64,000 bases of DNA. Origin: an uncultured Dehalococcoidia bacterium. Lineage in GTDB: Bacteria; Chloroflexota; Dehalococcoidia; Lucifugimonadales; UBA3495. Positions 48,121-58,234 of this stretch are shown piece by piece. Position numbers and translations under genes: made by a program. Where the stretch lies: NCBI GenBank assembly GCA_951813535.1, contig OX638345.1, positions 11,029-75,028 on the forward strand, in the 5' to 3' direction. The notes beneath the pieces were generated by a model. That model was not told where the DNA came from. It made no database searches and was given only the letters and a program-made list of their open reading frames with translations. Positions within the stretch are counted from its first letter, which is position 1, and each line of letters starts with the position of its first letter.

Positions 48121-48345
48121 GGGTGAATGATTGGCGTGGTCAGCCCGGACGTCCCGGCCTGCAAGGCGAACGTGAATCATGTTGGTTTCGATGCGCTCGT
48201 GCCCTAGTACGCACTGAAGTTGCCGAGTGCTGCCACAAGAGCGGATGTAACCGGTCCCGAACGTGTGCCTGAGGGTATGCGACCCCAGCTTATTGCCGGT
48301 GATACCTGAACGGCGAAATAGCTGATTGTAGACGCGCTTCACGCC
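48121..48345 (-). pseudogene. Tyrosine recombinase/integrase C-terminal remnant
   Basis: HTLRHTF...LQCVLGHERIETNMIH; the catalytic Tyr position reads His; N-terminal domains absent. Confidence 0.8.
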
Positions 48346-48654
48346 GTTCCTACACGTGGGGCACGTTGTCCGCACCAGATATGGCCATCGGCCACCATGT
48401 CCTCCAGACGAGTCGGTGCGCACGAGGCGCGCAGGGACGTTCACGTAGAAGCCCGGGACTGCCAGGCAAGTGGTCCACGACGCACACGGGACACAATCTG
48501 CCCGAGGTGTTAGGCTACGGGCGATTTGGGGTCATAGGCCGGCGGTCAGCCAGTCACATGACTTGAGCGGCCGGACGATTTGCGCTTGAATTAGGACACG
48601 AAACAATCGACAAGTAACTGCAAGCAAAGCATATTCACTGCAGGAGGCCAGAGC

Positions 48655-50217
48655 ATGAGGTACGACTATATCGTGGTGGGCGGGGGGTCCGCCGGATGCA
48701 CCATCGCCAGCCGGCTGTCGGAGGACCCGGACCGTTCCGTGCTGCTGCTGGAGGCGGGGCCGGACTACCCGGTCTTTGAGCAACTGCCCGACGACCTGAA
48801 GCTGGGGAACAACGTGTGGCTCTCGGCCTACGGGCCGCACAACTGGGGCTACACCGCCCGGATCACGGAGGAGCAGGACGACCTGGTGATCCCGCGAGGC
48901 AAGGCGACCGGCGGCTCCAGCGCGGTGAACGGGCAGGTGCTGTTCCGCGGCATCCCCGAGGACTACGACCGCTGGGCCGAGTGGGGCAACGACGAGTGGA
49001 GTTTCACCAGGTGCCTGCCCTACTTCAACAAGCTGGAGACCGACCTGGACTTCGGCGGCGACGACTTCCACGGCTCCGACGGGCCGGTGCCAGTGCGCCG
49101 CGCTCCCCGCAACGAGTGGCTGCCCCACGCCGTGGCCTTTGAGCGGGCGTGCCTCGACGAGGGCTTCCCTCAGGACGAGGACCAGAACCATCCCGAGTCC
49201 ACGGGCGTCTCGCCCCGGGCCCGCAACACCATCGACGGCGTGCGCATGAGCATGGCCATCAACTACCTGGACATCGCGCGGCACCGGCTGAACCTGACCA
49301 TACGGGGCGGCGTCACCGCGCGGCGGATCATCTTCGAAGCCGGTTCGACAGGCTCACCACGAGCGGTGGGAGTCGAGGCGGAAAGCGGCGGCGAGGTCTT
49401 CACGGTGGAGGGCGGCGAGATCATCGTCAGCAGCGGGGCCGTGGCGTCGCCGCAGCTGCTGATGCTGTCGGGCGTGGGGCCGGCGGAACACCTGCGCAGC
49501 ATGGGCATCCCGGTGGTGCACGACTCGCCGGGCGTGGGCAAGAACCTGCGCGACCATCCCGCGGCGTCGGTGCTGTACCTGGGCAAGGGCGAGAAACCCG
49601 ACGTGCAGGCGCCGGTGATCCAGGTGGGACTGCGCTACACGGTGGAAGGCTCGGGCCTGCGCAACGACATGCAGCTGAGCCCCAACCTGATGACCAGCGA
49701 GCACCGCCCGGCCCACGTGGTCATCGACGAGGACCTGAACTACATCGGCATGGGCGCGAGCCTGCAGCTGGCGCTGGGCCAGGGCGAGCTCACGTTGCAG
49801 TCCACCGACCCCCACGTGCAGCCGTTCCTGAACTACAACTACTACCAGGAGCCGGAGGACCTGCGCCGGATGCGGGAGGCGATACGCCTGGGCGTCCGGA
49901 TGGCGGAGCGGCCTCCGTTCGCCGACCTGGTGGAGGAACGGATCATGCCCACCGACGAGGAGTTGGAGTCGGATGAGCTGCTGGACGACTGGCTGCGCAA
50001 GAATTCGGGAACGTCGCACCACATATCGGGCACGTGCAAGATGGGGCCGGACTCGGATCCGCTGGCGGTGGTGGACCAGCATCTGAAGGTCAAGGGCGTG
50101 GAGGGCCTGCGGGTGGCCGACGCATCAGTCATGCCCGACTGCATCCGGGCCAACACCAACGCCACGACCATCATGATCGGCGAGAAGGTGTCCGATTACA
50201 TCAATGACGGCCGGTAA
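48655..50217 (+). CDS. GMC family FAD oxidoreductase (choline dehydrogenase/MftG-like)
   Basis: VGGGSAG, LLEAG, RGKATGGSSAVN, GKNLRDH, HISGTCKMG, RANTNATTIMIGEK. Confidence 0.93.
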   Translation: MRYDYIVVGGGSAGCTIASRLSEDPDRSVLLLEAGPDYPVFEQLPDDLKLGNNVWLSAYGPHNWGYTARITEEQDDLVIPRGKATGGSSAVNGQVLFRGIPEDYDRWAEWGNDEWSFTRCLPYFNKLETDLDFGGDDFHGSDGPVPVRRAPRNEWLPHAVAFERACLDEGFPQDEDQNHPESTGVSPRARNTIDGVRMSMAINYLDIARHRLNLTIRGGVTARRIIFEAGSTGSPRAVGVEAESGGEVFTVEGGEIIVSSGAVASPQLLMLSGVGPAEHLRSMGIPVVHDSPGVGKNLRDHPAASVLYLGKGEKPDVQAPVIQVGLRYTVEGSGLRNDMQLSPNLMTSEHRPAHVVIDEDLNYIGMGASLQLALGQGELTLQSTDPHVQPFLNYNYYQEPEDLRRMREAIRLGVRMAERPPFADLVEERIMPTDEELESDELLDDWLRKNSGTSHHISGTCKMGPDSDPLAVVDQHLKVKGVEGLRVADASVMPDCIRANTNATTIMIGEKVSDYINDGR

Positions 50218-50228
50218 CCGGGGGAATC

Positions 50229-50336
50229 GTCAGAATCAGGATTTGCCGGATTTATGGATTGGCAGGATTGGATTGGTTGATGCGAAAGTCGGCCTCATCC
50301 TGAAAATCCGCCAATCCAGCGAATCCTGATTCCGAC
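50229..50336. repeat. ~108-bp MITE/REP-like element, copy A
   Basis: Ends GTCAGAATCAGGATT / AATCCTGATTCCGAC; second copy at 59637. Confidence 0.75.
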
Positions 50337-50357
50337 TACACGTGGAGGTTCACAGCA

Positions 50358-50834
50358 ATGGAAGTCCAATGGATGAACCACACCGGGTTCGTGGTGAGCG
50401 ACATGGAGCGCTCCCTGGCTTTCTACCGCGACCTGCTGGGTCTCAGCATCGAGCGGGACCAGGTGTTGGAAGGCGACTTCATCTCCGAGGTCGTGGGTTA
50501 TCCCGACGCGCGGCTGCACATCGTGTACCTGGGAGTCGGGGATCAACGCCACTCGGTGGAGCTGATCCAGTACCTGAACCCGGCGGGAGATGCCGTCGCG
50601 CTGCCGCAACGCCACCAGGTGGGAGCGAGCCACCTGGGCATCATCGTCGACGATCTGGACGCGTTTTACGCCGACCTCAGCGCCAAGGGCGTGCGGTTCG
50701 TCAGCCCGCCGGCGACGCGGCCCAACCCGGTGTATCCGGCGGCCAGCAAGGGCTGCTACATGGAGGACCCCGACGGGAACTGGTTGGAACTCCTGGAGCG
50801 GGGCCCGGCGCCGCCCGGCGCGACCTCGGTGTGA
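50358..50834 (+). CDS. VOC/glyoxalase family protein
   Basis: NHTGFVVSDMERSLAFYRDLLG, VELIQY, SHLGIIVDDLD, YMEDPDGNWLELLE. Confidence 0.92.
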   Translation: MEVQWMNHTGFVVSDMERSLAFYRDLLGLSIERDQVLEGDFISEVVGYPDARLHIVYLGVGDQRHSVELIQYLNPAGDAVALPQRHQVGASHLGIIVDDLDAFYADLSAKGVRFVSPPATRPNPVYPAASKGCYMEDPDGNWLELLERGPAPPGATSV

Positions 50835-50908
50835 CCGCCGGGGCGGCGGGCTGCTACCGAACTGGGCGGCAAGGGGTTCCAGGGAAGACGACTGGAAATA
50901 CCAGAAGG

Positions 50909-50937
50909 AAGGCCGGGATTAAACCCCCGGCCTTTTT
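50909..50937 (+). terminator. Intrinsic terminator
   Basis: AAGGCCGGG-loop-CCCGGCCTT followed by TTT. Confidence 0.7.
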
Positions 50938-50960
50938 GGCTCGTTGAATAGAGGATACGA

Positions 50961-51375
50961 TCAGTCCAGCGAGGACTGCGCGAGCCTCGGTCCGGCTAAG
51001 AGACCAACCAAGGCTCCTACCAACAACGCCACGCAATGCCACAGATACCCGATCGAGTTCTTGACGGTTTCTTTGGTACCACGGGCCGAGTCCACATACA
51101 GGGACAGGATCACGGCTAGGATCGCAAACAGGACAGCGACTCCGATGAGCAGACAAACTACCCAGAAGTACGACCCACTGAGCAGTGGACCTCTAGGCTG
51201 ATCTTTCACGATCCGGCCAAACGTCTCCGGTGCTGTAGTCGACTCTGGCCGGCTTGCCGGGATGGCGGAAAGCGTGGAATATAATTCGCGCGGATGCCAG
51301 GCCGAAGGCGACCAGGGGAGGTTTGATTGAACCCATCGGCCGTTCCACAATAGCGGAGTCATTGCGTTCCGTCAT
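50961..51375 (-). other. Possible small two-TM protein gene, probably split or frameshifted
   Basis: AGGAGG RBS leads to MTERND... (stop at 51193), while the hydrophobic hairpin YFWVVCLLIG...LVGLLAG lies in another frame ending at 50961. Confidence 0.35.
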
Positions 51376-51556
51376 CGGCACCTCCTAGTCAGGGGACTGG
51401 TGCAGCCATCGCTTAGTAGGCTATTGCTATCGAGTCAACCCCTCAGCACCACTATACCACGGTATTATGGTAGCAAGGTATTTGCCAAGATCAGAGGTAG
51501 TACCCCTTTTACTCTGGCATGTAGCTGCCTTTGGGAAGAGGTTTCGTGGAGTGAAC

Positions 51557-52933
51557 ATGACCACCGTCATCGGCAACGCGACCATCGTGACCGGCAACGC
51601 GGGACGGGACATCCTGCATGACGCCGGCATCGCCGTCTCGGAGGACCGGATTGCAGCCATCGGGCTGACGGACGACGTGCGGCAGGCGCATCCCGACGCC
51701 GAGATGGTGGACGGACGGGGCAAGGCGGTCTTTCCCGGCCTGATCAACTGCCACACGCACCTGCTGGCGACGGGAGACCGGGGCATCCTGGAGGACTTCG
51801 GGTTCCCGACGCGGCTGACCTTCCCGGTCTCGGCCCGCGCGCTGCTGAGCGACGAGGAGCGGCAGACCCTGGCCCTGCTGGGCGTGCTGGAATCCATCCG
51901 CAGCGGCGTCACGTCCCTGCTGGAAATCTCGTCCAACGTGGCCGGCTACGCGGCCGATCTGGCTGCGACGGGGCTGCGGCTCGTTCTGGGGGAAAACATC
52001 AACGACGTGGACGAAGCCCAGATCCGGAACGGGGTGTACCAGTTCGACGAAGCCCGAGCCGACGCCGGCCTGCAGCGCTGCGCCGACCTGGTGGAGTCGT
52101 GGCACGGGCGGGAGCAGGGGCGGGTCAGTTGCTTCCTGGCCCCGCACGCGCCGGAGACCTGCTCGCCGGACCTGCTGCGGCGCAGCCGGGAAATGGCCGA
52201 GCGCCACGGCGTCGGCTACACCATCCACCTGTCGCAGAGCCGCGAGGAGATTGAAGCGGTGATGCGGACGCGCGGAGTGTCGCCGACCCATTACCTCTTC
52301 GCCAACGACTTCCTGGGGCCGGACCTGCTGGCCGCCCACTGCCGGTACGTCAATCCCGCCGAGATCGCGCTGCTGGGCCAGACCGGGGTTAAGATCACCA
52401 ACAACGCCGCCATCGCCGCCCGCCGGGGCGCGGCCGCGCCGGTGCGGGAGTTGCAGGCGGCCGGGTGCGTCATCGGCATCGGCACGGACAACATGGCCGA
52501 GGACATGGTGGAGGTGATGCGGGCCGGCCTTTTCCTGGAGCGGGTGCGCCGCAACGACGAGGTGTATCCGCAGCCCGAGGACGTGCTGGAGTGGGCCACC
52601 TCGGGCGGAGCGCGGGCGCTGGGGATGGAGGACTTCACCGGCAGCCTGGAGGTGGGCAAGAAGGCCGACCTGTTCGTGGTGGACCTGATGCGGCCGCATT
52701 TGGTGCCCACCCTGCGCGTGGTGTCCGCGTTCGTACACAACGGCCAGCCGGCCGACATCACGTCGGTGATGGTGGATGGCAAGTGGGTCATGCGCGACGG
52801 CAAGGTGCTGACCATCGACGAGGCGGACGTGGTGCGTCGTGCGGAGGCGGTGGGACACGCATCGTGGCGCCGGCTGCTGGAACGCTACCCCAACGTGCCT
52901 TTCCCCATTTCCATTCCGCCGCCCATCGTCTGA
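51557..52933 (+). CDS. Amidohydrolase (Atz/Trz/SAH-deaminase-like)
   Basis: PGLINCHTH, APHA, IHLSQS, AAHC, GIGTDN, GSLEVGKKADL. Confidence 0.92.
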   Translation: MTTVIGNATIVTGNAGRDILHDAGIAVSEDRIAAIGLTDDVRQAHPDAEMVDGRGKAVFPGLINCHTHLLATGDRGILEDFGFPTRLTFPVSARALLSDEERQTLALLGVLESIRSGVTSLLEISSNVAGYAADLAATGLRLVLGENINDVDEAQIRNGVYQFDEARADAGLQRCADLVESWHGREQGRVSCFLAPHAPETCSPDLLRRSREMAERHGVGYTIHLSQSREEIEAVMRTRGVSPTHYLFANDFLGPDLLAAHCRYVNPAEIALLGQTGVKITNNAAIAARRGAAAPVRELQAAGCVIGIGTDNMAEDMVEVMRAGLFLERVRRNDEVYPQPEDVLEWATSGGARALGMEDFTGSLEVGKKADLFVVDLMRPHLVPTLRVVSAFVHNGQPADITSVMVDGKWVMRDGKVLTIDEADVVRRAEAVGHASWRRLLERYPNVPFPISIPPPIV

Positions 52934-52958
52934 ACTCCGCCACCGGTTCGGCATCCCG

Positions 52959-54185
52959 TCAGGGCAACTGGCGAACGCGGCCGAGGGTGGCGTAGCAAAC
53001 CAGGGCCAGCGCGAGACCCAGGGCCCCGATGATAGCCATGGCCGTTGTCGGTGAGGTGGCGTCGGAGAGGATGCCGACGCCCAGGCTCGCGACAACCAGG
53101 AACCCTCGGTCAAAGCTCTGCAGGCTGGTGAGACGGCCTCGGAGGCTGTCCGGGGCCAACGTCTGGATCAGGGTGCCGCGAGTGGTGCGGAAGAAGGACT
53201 GGCTGAAGGCCATGGCGGCGATGACCACGAAGGCCAGGGCCATCCACGTGGAGAAGGCAAACAGAACCAACGTCAGGGAGCTGGCGATCGCGGCCGCGAA
53301 AACCACCCGGCCTTTGGGAACGACGAAACCGAAGGACGCAATGAACAGCGCCGCCAGCAGGCCACCCACGCCCGTGACGGACAGGAGGTATCCGCCGACA
53401 TCGGCGTCGCGCTGTAGCACCTCGGTGGTGAACACCGGGAACAGGAACCACGCCGGGTGCAGGATGATGTTGGGAATCACCGAAAGGATCATCAACTGGA
53501 AGAAGGCGCGCTCCCCACTCCAGATGTAGCGAATACCTTCAATCATGTTGGCCAACGCCGAGCCGCGTTGGCGGGCGTTGCCGGGGCGGTGGAAGGGCGT
53601 TCGCAATGGAAAAATCATCGCCACGTTGGCCAGATACAGCACGCACTCGATGGTGAAGTTCCAGAAGTACCCGAGGGTGAAAATCAGGATGCCGCCCACG
53701 AAGGGTCCAACAATGCGGGTGCCCGTGATGGTCAGAACGTTGGTGGCCATGGCATTCCCCAGCATCTCCCGTGGCACGGTGCCGGCGATGAGGGACTGGC
53801 GCATGGGTTGGGTCATGGAGCGGCAGGCGCCGGCCAAAATCACGTACAGGTAGGCGTGCCAGACTTCCACGCGTCCGGACAAAACCAGCAAAGCGAAACA
53901 CAGCGCCAGGGCGGCCATGATCAGCTGCAACACGATGACCAGCCGGCGGCGGTCGAACCGGTCGCTGAGGACGCCGCCCCAGGGGCCGACCACCAGACCG
54001 GGCAGGGTGTTGATGCCGCCCACGGTGACCACCAGCAGACCCGCGACCGTGGAGCCTTCGGACAAATCCCGGACCAGCCATCCCACGCTCAGCAGTTGGA
54101 TCCACTGGGCGTTGTTGGCGAAGAAATTGCCGCACCACAGCAGCCGGAAGTTGCGGTACGCCAGCCAGGCGTCCAGCGTATGCAA
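52959..54185 (-). CDS. MFS transporter
   Basis: About 12 TM, GGVLSDRFDRRR, LRGRLTS; TTG start uncertain. Confidence 0.9.
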   Translation of the reverse strand: MHTLDAWLAYRNFRLLWCGNFFANNAQWIQLLSVGWLVRDLSEGSTVAGLLVVTVGGINTLPGLVVGPWGGVLSDRFDRRRLVIVLQLIMAALALCFALLVLSGRVEVWHAYLYVILAGACRSMTQPMRQSLIAGTVPREMLGNAMATNVLTITGTRIVGPFVGGILIFTLGYFWNFTIECVLYLANVAMIFPLRTPFHRPGNARQRGSALANMIEGIRYIWSGERAFFQLMILSVIPNIILHPAWFLFPVFTTEVLQRDADVGGYLLSVTGVGGLLAALFIASFGFVVPKGRVVFAAAIASSLTLVLFAFSTWMALAFVVIAAMAFSQSFFRTTRGTLIQTLAPDSLRGRLTSLQSFDRGFLVVASLGVGILSDATSPTTAMAIIGALGLALALVCYATLGRVRQLP

Positions 54186-54684
54186 TCGGGGGAGTGCAGC
54201 TATCCGGAAAATCGTTCCCCCACGAATGGCAATCCCGTTGATGAGTCTCGTCGCGGCAGGGCAATCGGCCGGCTATTTTGGAATGCTCAATCGAGTGTGT
54301 CAATGCTAATCCGCCGATATTATTCGAAATAAAAACACCGCACCCATCCCAGCGTCCCCAGCGCGTCAGGCTCGCGGGGAATGCAGGCGTTCTCGGGCCG
54401 GGATGCCAAAGGCAAACGCATCTGCAAGACGGAATCGGTTCTGATGATCGGCCAACGCCCGACGCCGGCTACGCGAATTCCCGTCCGAATTGGGTTGCGG
54501 CGTCACCCCTGCAAAAGATCGCTACAAGGTTGCTGAGTGGCTCGGAAGATTTGTGTGAAAGAAGCCATCCGTACCATGGGCGCGGTCAATGTCCAGGCGC
54601 GCCCCGGCAGATATCCCCAGGCCCGATATACAATGGCCTCCCGGCCGGAACGGACCGGGTATTTCGCGACCACGGGAGGCGCAC

Positions 54685-55719
54685 ATGCCGGCTGAGAAAG
54701 GCATCATCCAGACCGTATTGGGAAACGGATCGGAGGGTTGGGAGGGCGACGGCGGCCCGGCGATAGACGCCGCCTGTCAAACCCCCTACGCCTGCGAATT
54801 TGATCCTCAAGGGAACATGATCGTGTGCATGGGACGCCACCACCGCATCCGCCGCATGGATGCCCGGACCGGCGTCATCACGCTGATCGCCGGCGCCGGA
54901 GAGCCGGGATACGCCGGCGATGGCGGCCCCGCCGTGGATGCCCTCATCAACCAGCCATACGGCCTGGCCATCGATAGTAACGGGGACATGTACTTCTCGC
55001 AGAGATTTGACCCGGCGGTAAGAAAGATAGACGGTCTTACCGGCATAATCTCCACCGTCGCCGGCACCGGCGAATTCGGGTACAGCGGGGATGGCGGTCC
55101 CGGCAACCAGGCCATGCTCAGGGAACCCAACGACGTGTTCCTGGACCGGCGCGGCGGCCTGCTGATCGCTGATATCCAGGACCAACGCATCCGCCGGGTG
55201 GATCTGGAGACCGGCATCATAACCACCTTCGCCGGGACCGGGGAGATGTCCCGCGCCGGAGACGGTAAATCGGCCGCGGCGGCGAGCTTTATGGGTCCCC
55301 GAGCAGTGTGCGCGGACGGCCAGGGGAATGTGTATGTGTGCGAGCGGGAAGGAAACGGGGTCCGCAAAATATCCCCGGATGGAGTGTTGAGCACGATCGC
55401 CGGGGCTGACGCAGTGTATGGCTACTCCGGCGACGGCGGCCCGTCGCTGGCGGCCGCCTGGGGATCGCCCAAGGCAATGCGCTGCGACCTGAATGACAAC
55501 ATCATCGTGGTTGACTCGGACAACTGTGCGGTCAGGAGAATAGACGCCCGTACCGGCATCGTAACCACCATCGCCGGCGGCCACGAAGGGAGTGGCGGCG
55601 ATGGTGGCCCCGCCACCGAAGCCGGGTTGTTTCATCCCCATGGCTGCGGCATAAACGCCGAAGGCGACCTTTTTATCGCCGACACCCACAATCACCGGGT
55701 GCGTGTGGTCGGCCTGTGA
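54685..55719 (+). CDS. NHL-repeat (teneurin-like) protein
   Basis: Six repeats of GYAGDGGPA...L..P..(L/V)..D..G...(I)AD...RIR; GGAGG RBS; no signal peptide. Confidence 0.92.
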   Translation: MPAEKGIIQTVLGNGSEGWEGDGGPAIDAACQTPYACEFDPQGNMIVCMGRHHRIRRMDARTGVITLIAGAGEPGYAGDGGPAVDALINQPYGLAIDSNGDMYFSQRFDPAVRKIDGLTGIISTVAGTGEFGYSGDGGPGNQAMLREPNDVFLDRRGGLLIADIQDQRIRRVDLETGIITTFAGTGEMSRAGDGKSAAAASFMGPRAVCADGQGNVYVCEREGNGVRKISPDGVLSTIAGADAVYGYSGDGGPSLAAAWGSPKAMRCDLNDNIIVVDSDNCAVRRIDARTGIVTTIAGGHEGSGGDGGPATEAGLFHPHGCGINAEGDLFIADTHNHRVRVVGL

Positions 55720-56193
55720 AAAACACCCTGAGTGTTCTCCACGGTGCGAAACACCGTGTTGGCCACCGTGCCGGTCACGTCGTCCAGGACCGGTAACAGC
55801 GCGAACTTCGGCAGCAGGCACTACGGTTGCCGCCCAGTTGCGCCGGCATTCCCCGCTGGGGCATCCGCTGACGGGGTCGTGGGACGGGAACAGCCGGTCG
55901 CCTCGGTTTTCCCCTCGGGCCATCTGCGCCGTGCGAGATCATGGCACGTCGTTCCGCCGCTTCATGGCGTTGGTGACCTACGCCAGGGGGCGGTTCCCGA
56001 GACTTTGGCGAAATTCCGACGGTGTCCAAATGGGCGGACGGCACATGCCGGCGTTGCGGTCCAAGGGGGTTCAATCCGCAAGCGCATGTTCGGGCGTAAC
56101 TGAATGACCGGAACCGGAGGCGGCGCCGCACTACTGTCGCGACATCCACGCCCACGGGCGGTGGCAATGCCTCAGCCACCAGGAGAGGAAACA

Positions 56194-58065
56194 ATGATCC
56201 GCATCGTCCGACAGCATTCATTGCGGCTTGCGATCCCGATCGGGATGGCGCTGATGTGCTGGTTGGCGCTGGGTTGCGGACTACTCGACCGCGACCGGTC
56301 GGAGTCTGCGCCCACGCCTGAGCCGGACATCGCGGCTACCGTCCAGGCAGCGCTGGAAAGCGTTGAGTCCACCCGCCAGGCGGAGGCTGCCGCGCCCGCA
56401 CCCACCGCTGAGGCCCGTCCGGAAATGACCCCTGAGGTGACGATCGATCCCACCGCCGCGCCGGCTGCGTTCCGTTCGCGCGGGGGCCCGGCGGGATTGG
56501 AAGCCGCGCTGTCCGCAGTCGGCCCGGATCCCCTCTGGTCTGACCTGTTCGATGCGCTCACAGAGACGGAACAGTCCTGCCTCCGGAATGAACTGGGGGA
56601 GGAGGGTCTGGCATCGGCGCTGGACAGCCCGGTCTACGGTCAAGGCGACACCCAAAACTGGGAGGTTTCGGTGTTCGGCTGCCTGGCTCCGGACACCGCT
56701 CTCGTGCTTTTCCAGACCATCTTCTTCGCAGAACTGGGGCAGGAGATCGAGCTGACCGGGCAGCACCAGGATTGCATAGGTGAACTGTTGAATGGCGCCG
56801 ATATTCCGGTGCTGGTCGCCGCTTCCCTCCCGGACGCGACATCCGTTCAGGCTGAACCGCTCCACGCGCTGATCTTCGGCGTCTTCGCGTGCGTACCTGA
56901 GCTGGCGGCCATGATGGAAGGCGGAGCGCCGCCAGGTGGACCGCCAGCGCGCGAGGAATCCCGCCTATGGAGTTATGCCACCCAGGGTTGGATGAGCGCG
57001 GCGCCTGCGGTGACGTACGGCGTGGTCTACGTCGGTTCCAATGATCAACGGGTTTATGCGCTGGACGCCGCCACCGGCAACGAACTGTGGAGCTTCGCCA
57101 CCGGCGACGCGGTGGTGTCAGTCCCCACGGTGGTGGACGGCGTGGTGTACGTGGGTTCCAACGACAACCATCTCTACGCCCTGGATGCCGATACCGGGGA
57201 GAAGCTGTGGAGTTACGACACCGGTTCCTGGGTGCAGTCCTCGCCCGCCGTCACTGACAGCAGGGTCTATCTGGGCGCCCGAGTCGATGGCAACCACCGG
57301 GTCGTCGCCCTGGACGCAACCTCGGGCGCCGTGGTCTGGACGGCTCAGGAGACACGCGGGTATGACGCCGAGCCGGCGCCGGCCGCGGTGGGCAACCTGG
57401 TCTATACGCCGGGGGACGAGCACGGCGAGTTCCATGCGCTGGACACGGCCACCGGACGACTGGCCTGGAGCGCGCCAGTCAGCAGCTACGTTAAATCGGT
57501 TCCCACGGTGTTGGAAGGCGTGGTGTACCTCACCGTGGTCAACACCGCCTACGCCCTGGATGAGTCGACCGGGGAGGTCATCTGGAGCTACGGGACCGAG
57601 CGGTATCCGGCGCAGGACTTTCCGGCGCTGGTGGTGGACGACGTGTACTACCTCTCCCCCGACCAGTTTCTCCATGCCCTGGACGCGACCGCGGGTGACG
57701 TTCTTTGGACCTACGAAGCGCCCGGCTTCATCAGCGCCGCGCCCGTCGTCGCCGACGGCGTGTTATTCGGCGCCACGGAAGGAGGGTACGTCTTCGCCCT
57801 CGACGCGGCCACCGGCGCGGAGCGCTGGACACTTGCCACCGAAGGCTCGGCCTTGCAGTCGCTGTCGGTGTACGATGGAGTCCTCTACGCGGAGTCGGAC
57901 GTGGGCGAACTGATGGCGATTGACGCTTCGGATGGAACTGTGATCCAGGCTCTCCAAACCGGCTACATCCTGGGCGCAAGGCTCTACACCGTGAGCGACG
58001 GCGTGGTGTATGTCAGCTCTCTCCCCGGCGGGGTGCAGGCCTACGCCGCTCCGACACCACCGTAG
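56194..58065 (+). CDS. Lipoprotein with PQQ-binding-like (BamB-type) beta-propeller
   Basis: Lipobox LALGC; repeats PAV..GVVYVGS.D..YALDA.TG..LWS; AGGAGAGG RBS. Confidence 0.9.
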   Translation: MIRIVRQHSLRLAIPIGMALMCWLALGCGLLDRDRSESAPTPEPDIAATVQAALESVESTRQAEAAAPAPTAEARPEMTPEVTIDPTAAPAAFRSRGGPAGLEAALSAVGPDPLWSDLFDALTETEQSCLRNELGEEGLASALDSPVYGQGDTQNWEVSVFGCLAPDTALVLFQTIFFAELGQEIELTGQHQDCIGELLNGADIPVLVAASLPDATSVQAEPLHALIFGVFACVPELAAMMEGGAPPGGPPAREESRLWSYATQGWMSAAPAVTYGVVYVGSNDQRVYALDAATGNELWSFATGDAVVSVPTVVDGVVYVGSNDNHLYALDADTGEKLWSYDTGSWVQSSPAVTDSRVYLGARVDGNHRVVALDATSGAVVWTAQETRGYDAEPAPAAVGNLVYTPGDEHGEFHALDTATGRLAWSAPVSSYVKSVPTVLEGVVYLTVVNTAYALDESTGEVIWSYGTERYPAQDFPALVVDDVYYLSPDQFLHALDATAGDVLWTYEAPGFISAAPVVADGVLFGATEGGYVFALDAATGAERWTLATEGSALQSLSVYDGVLYAESDVGELMAIDASDGTVIQALQTGYILGARLYTVSDGVVYVSSLPGGVQAYAAPTPP

Positions 58066-58234
58066 ACGGGATCCTGACGGGCGCTCCGGCAATCGCGTGG
58101 CTTGCTGCGGACCCGCTGCGGATCAACCGAGTGGCCGCGAACGTTGGCGTACCCTGGGCTCGGGGCCTTGTCACCACCCGCCTGCCCTCTCTGCCGGGCT
58201 CGCATGGCGGGCCAACCGGCTTGCGGAAGGCCGC

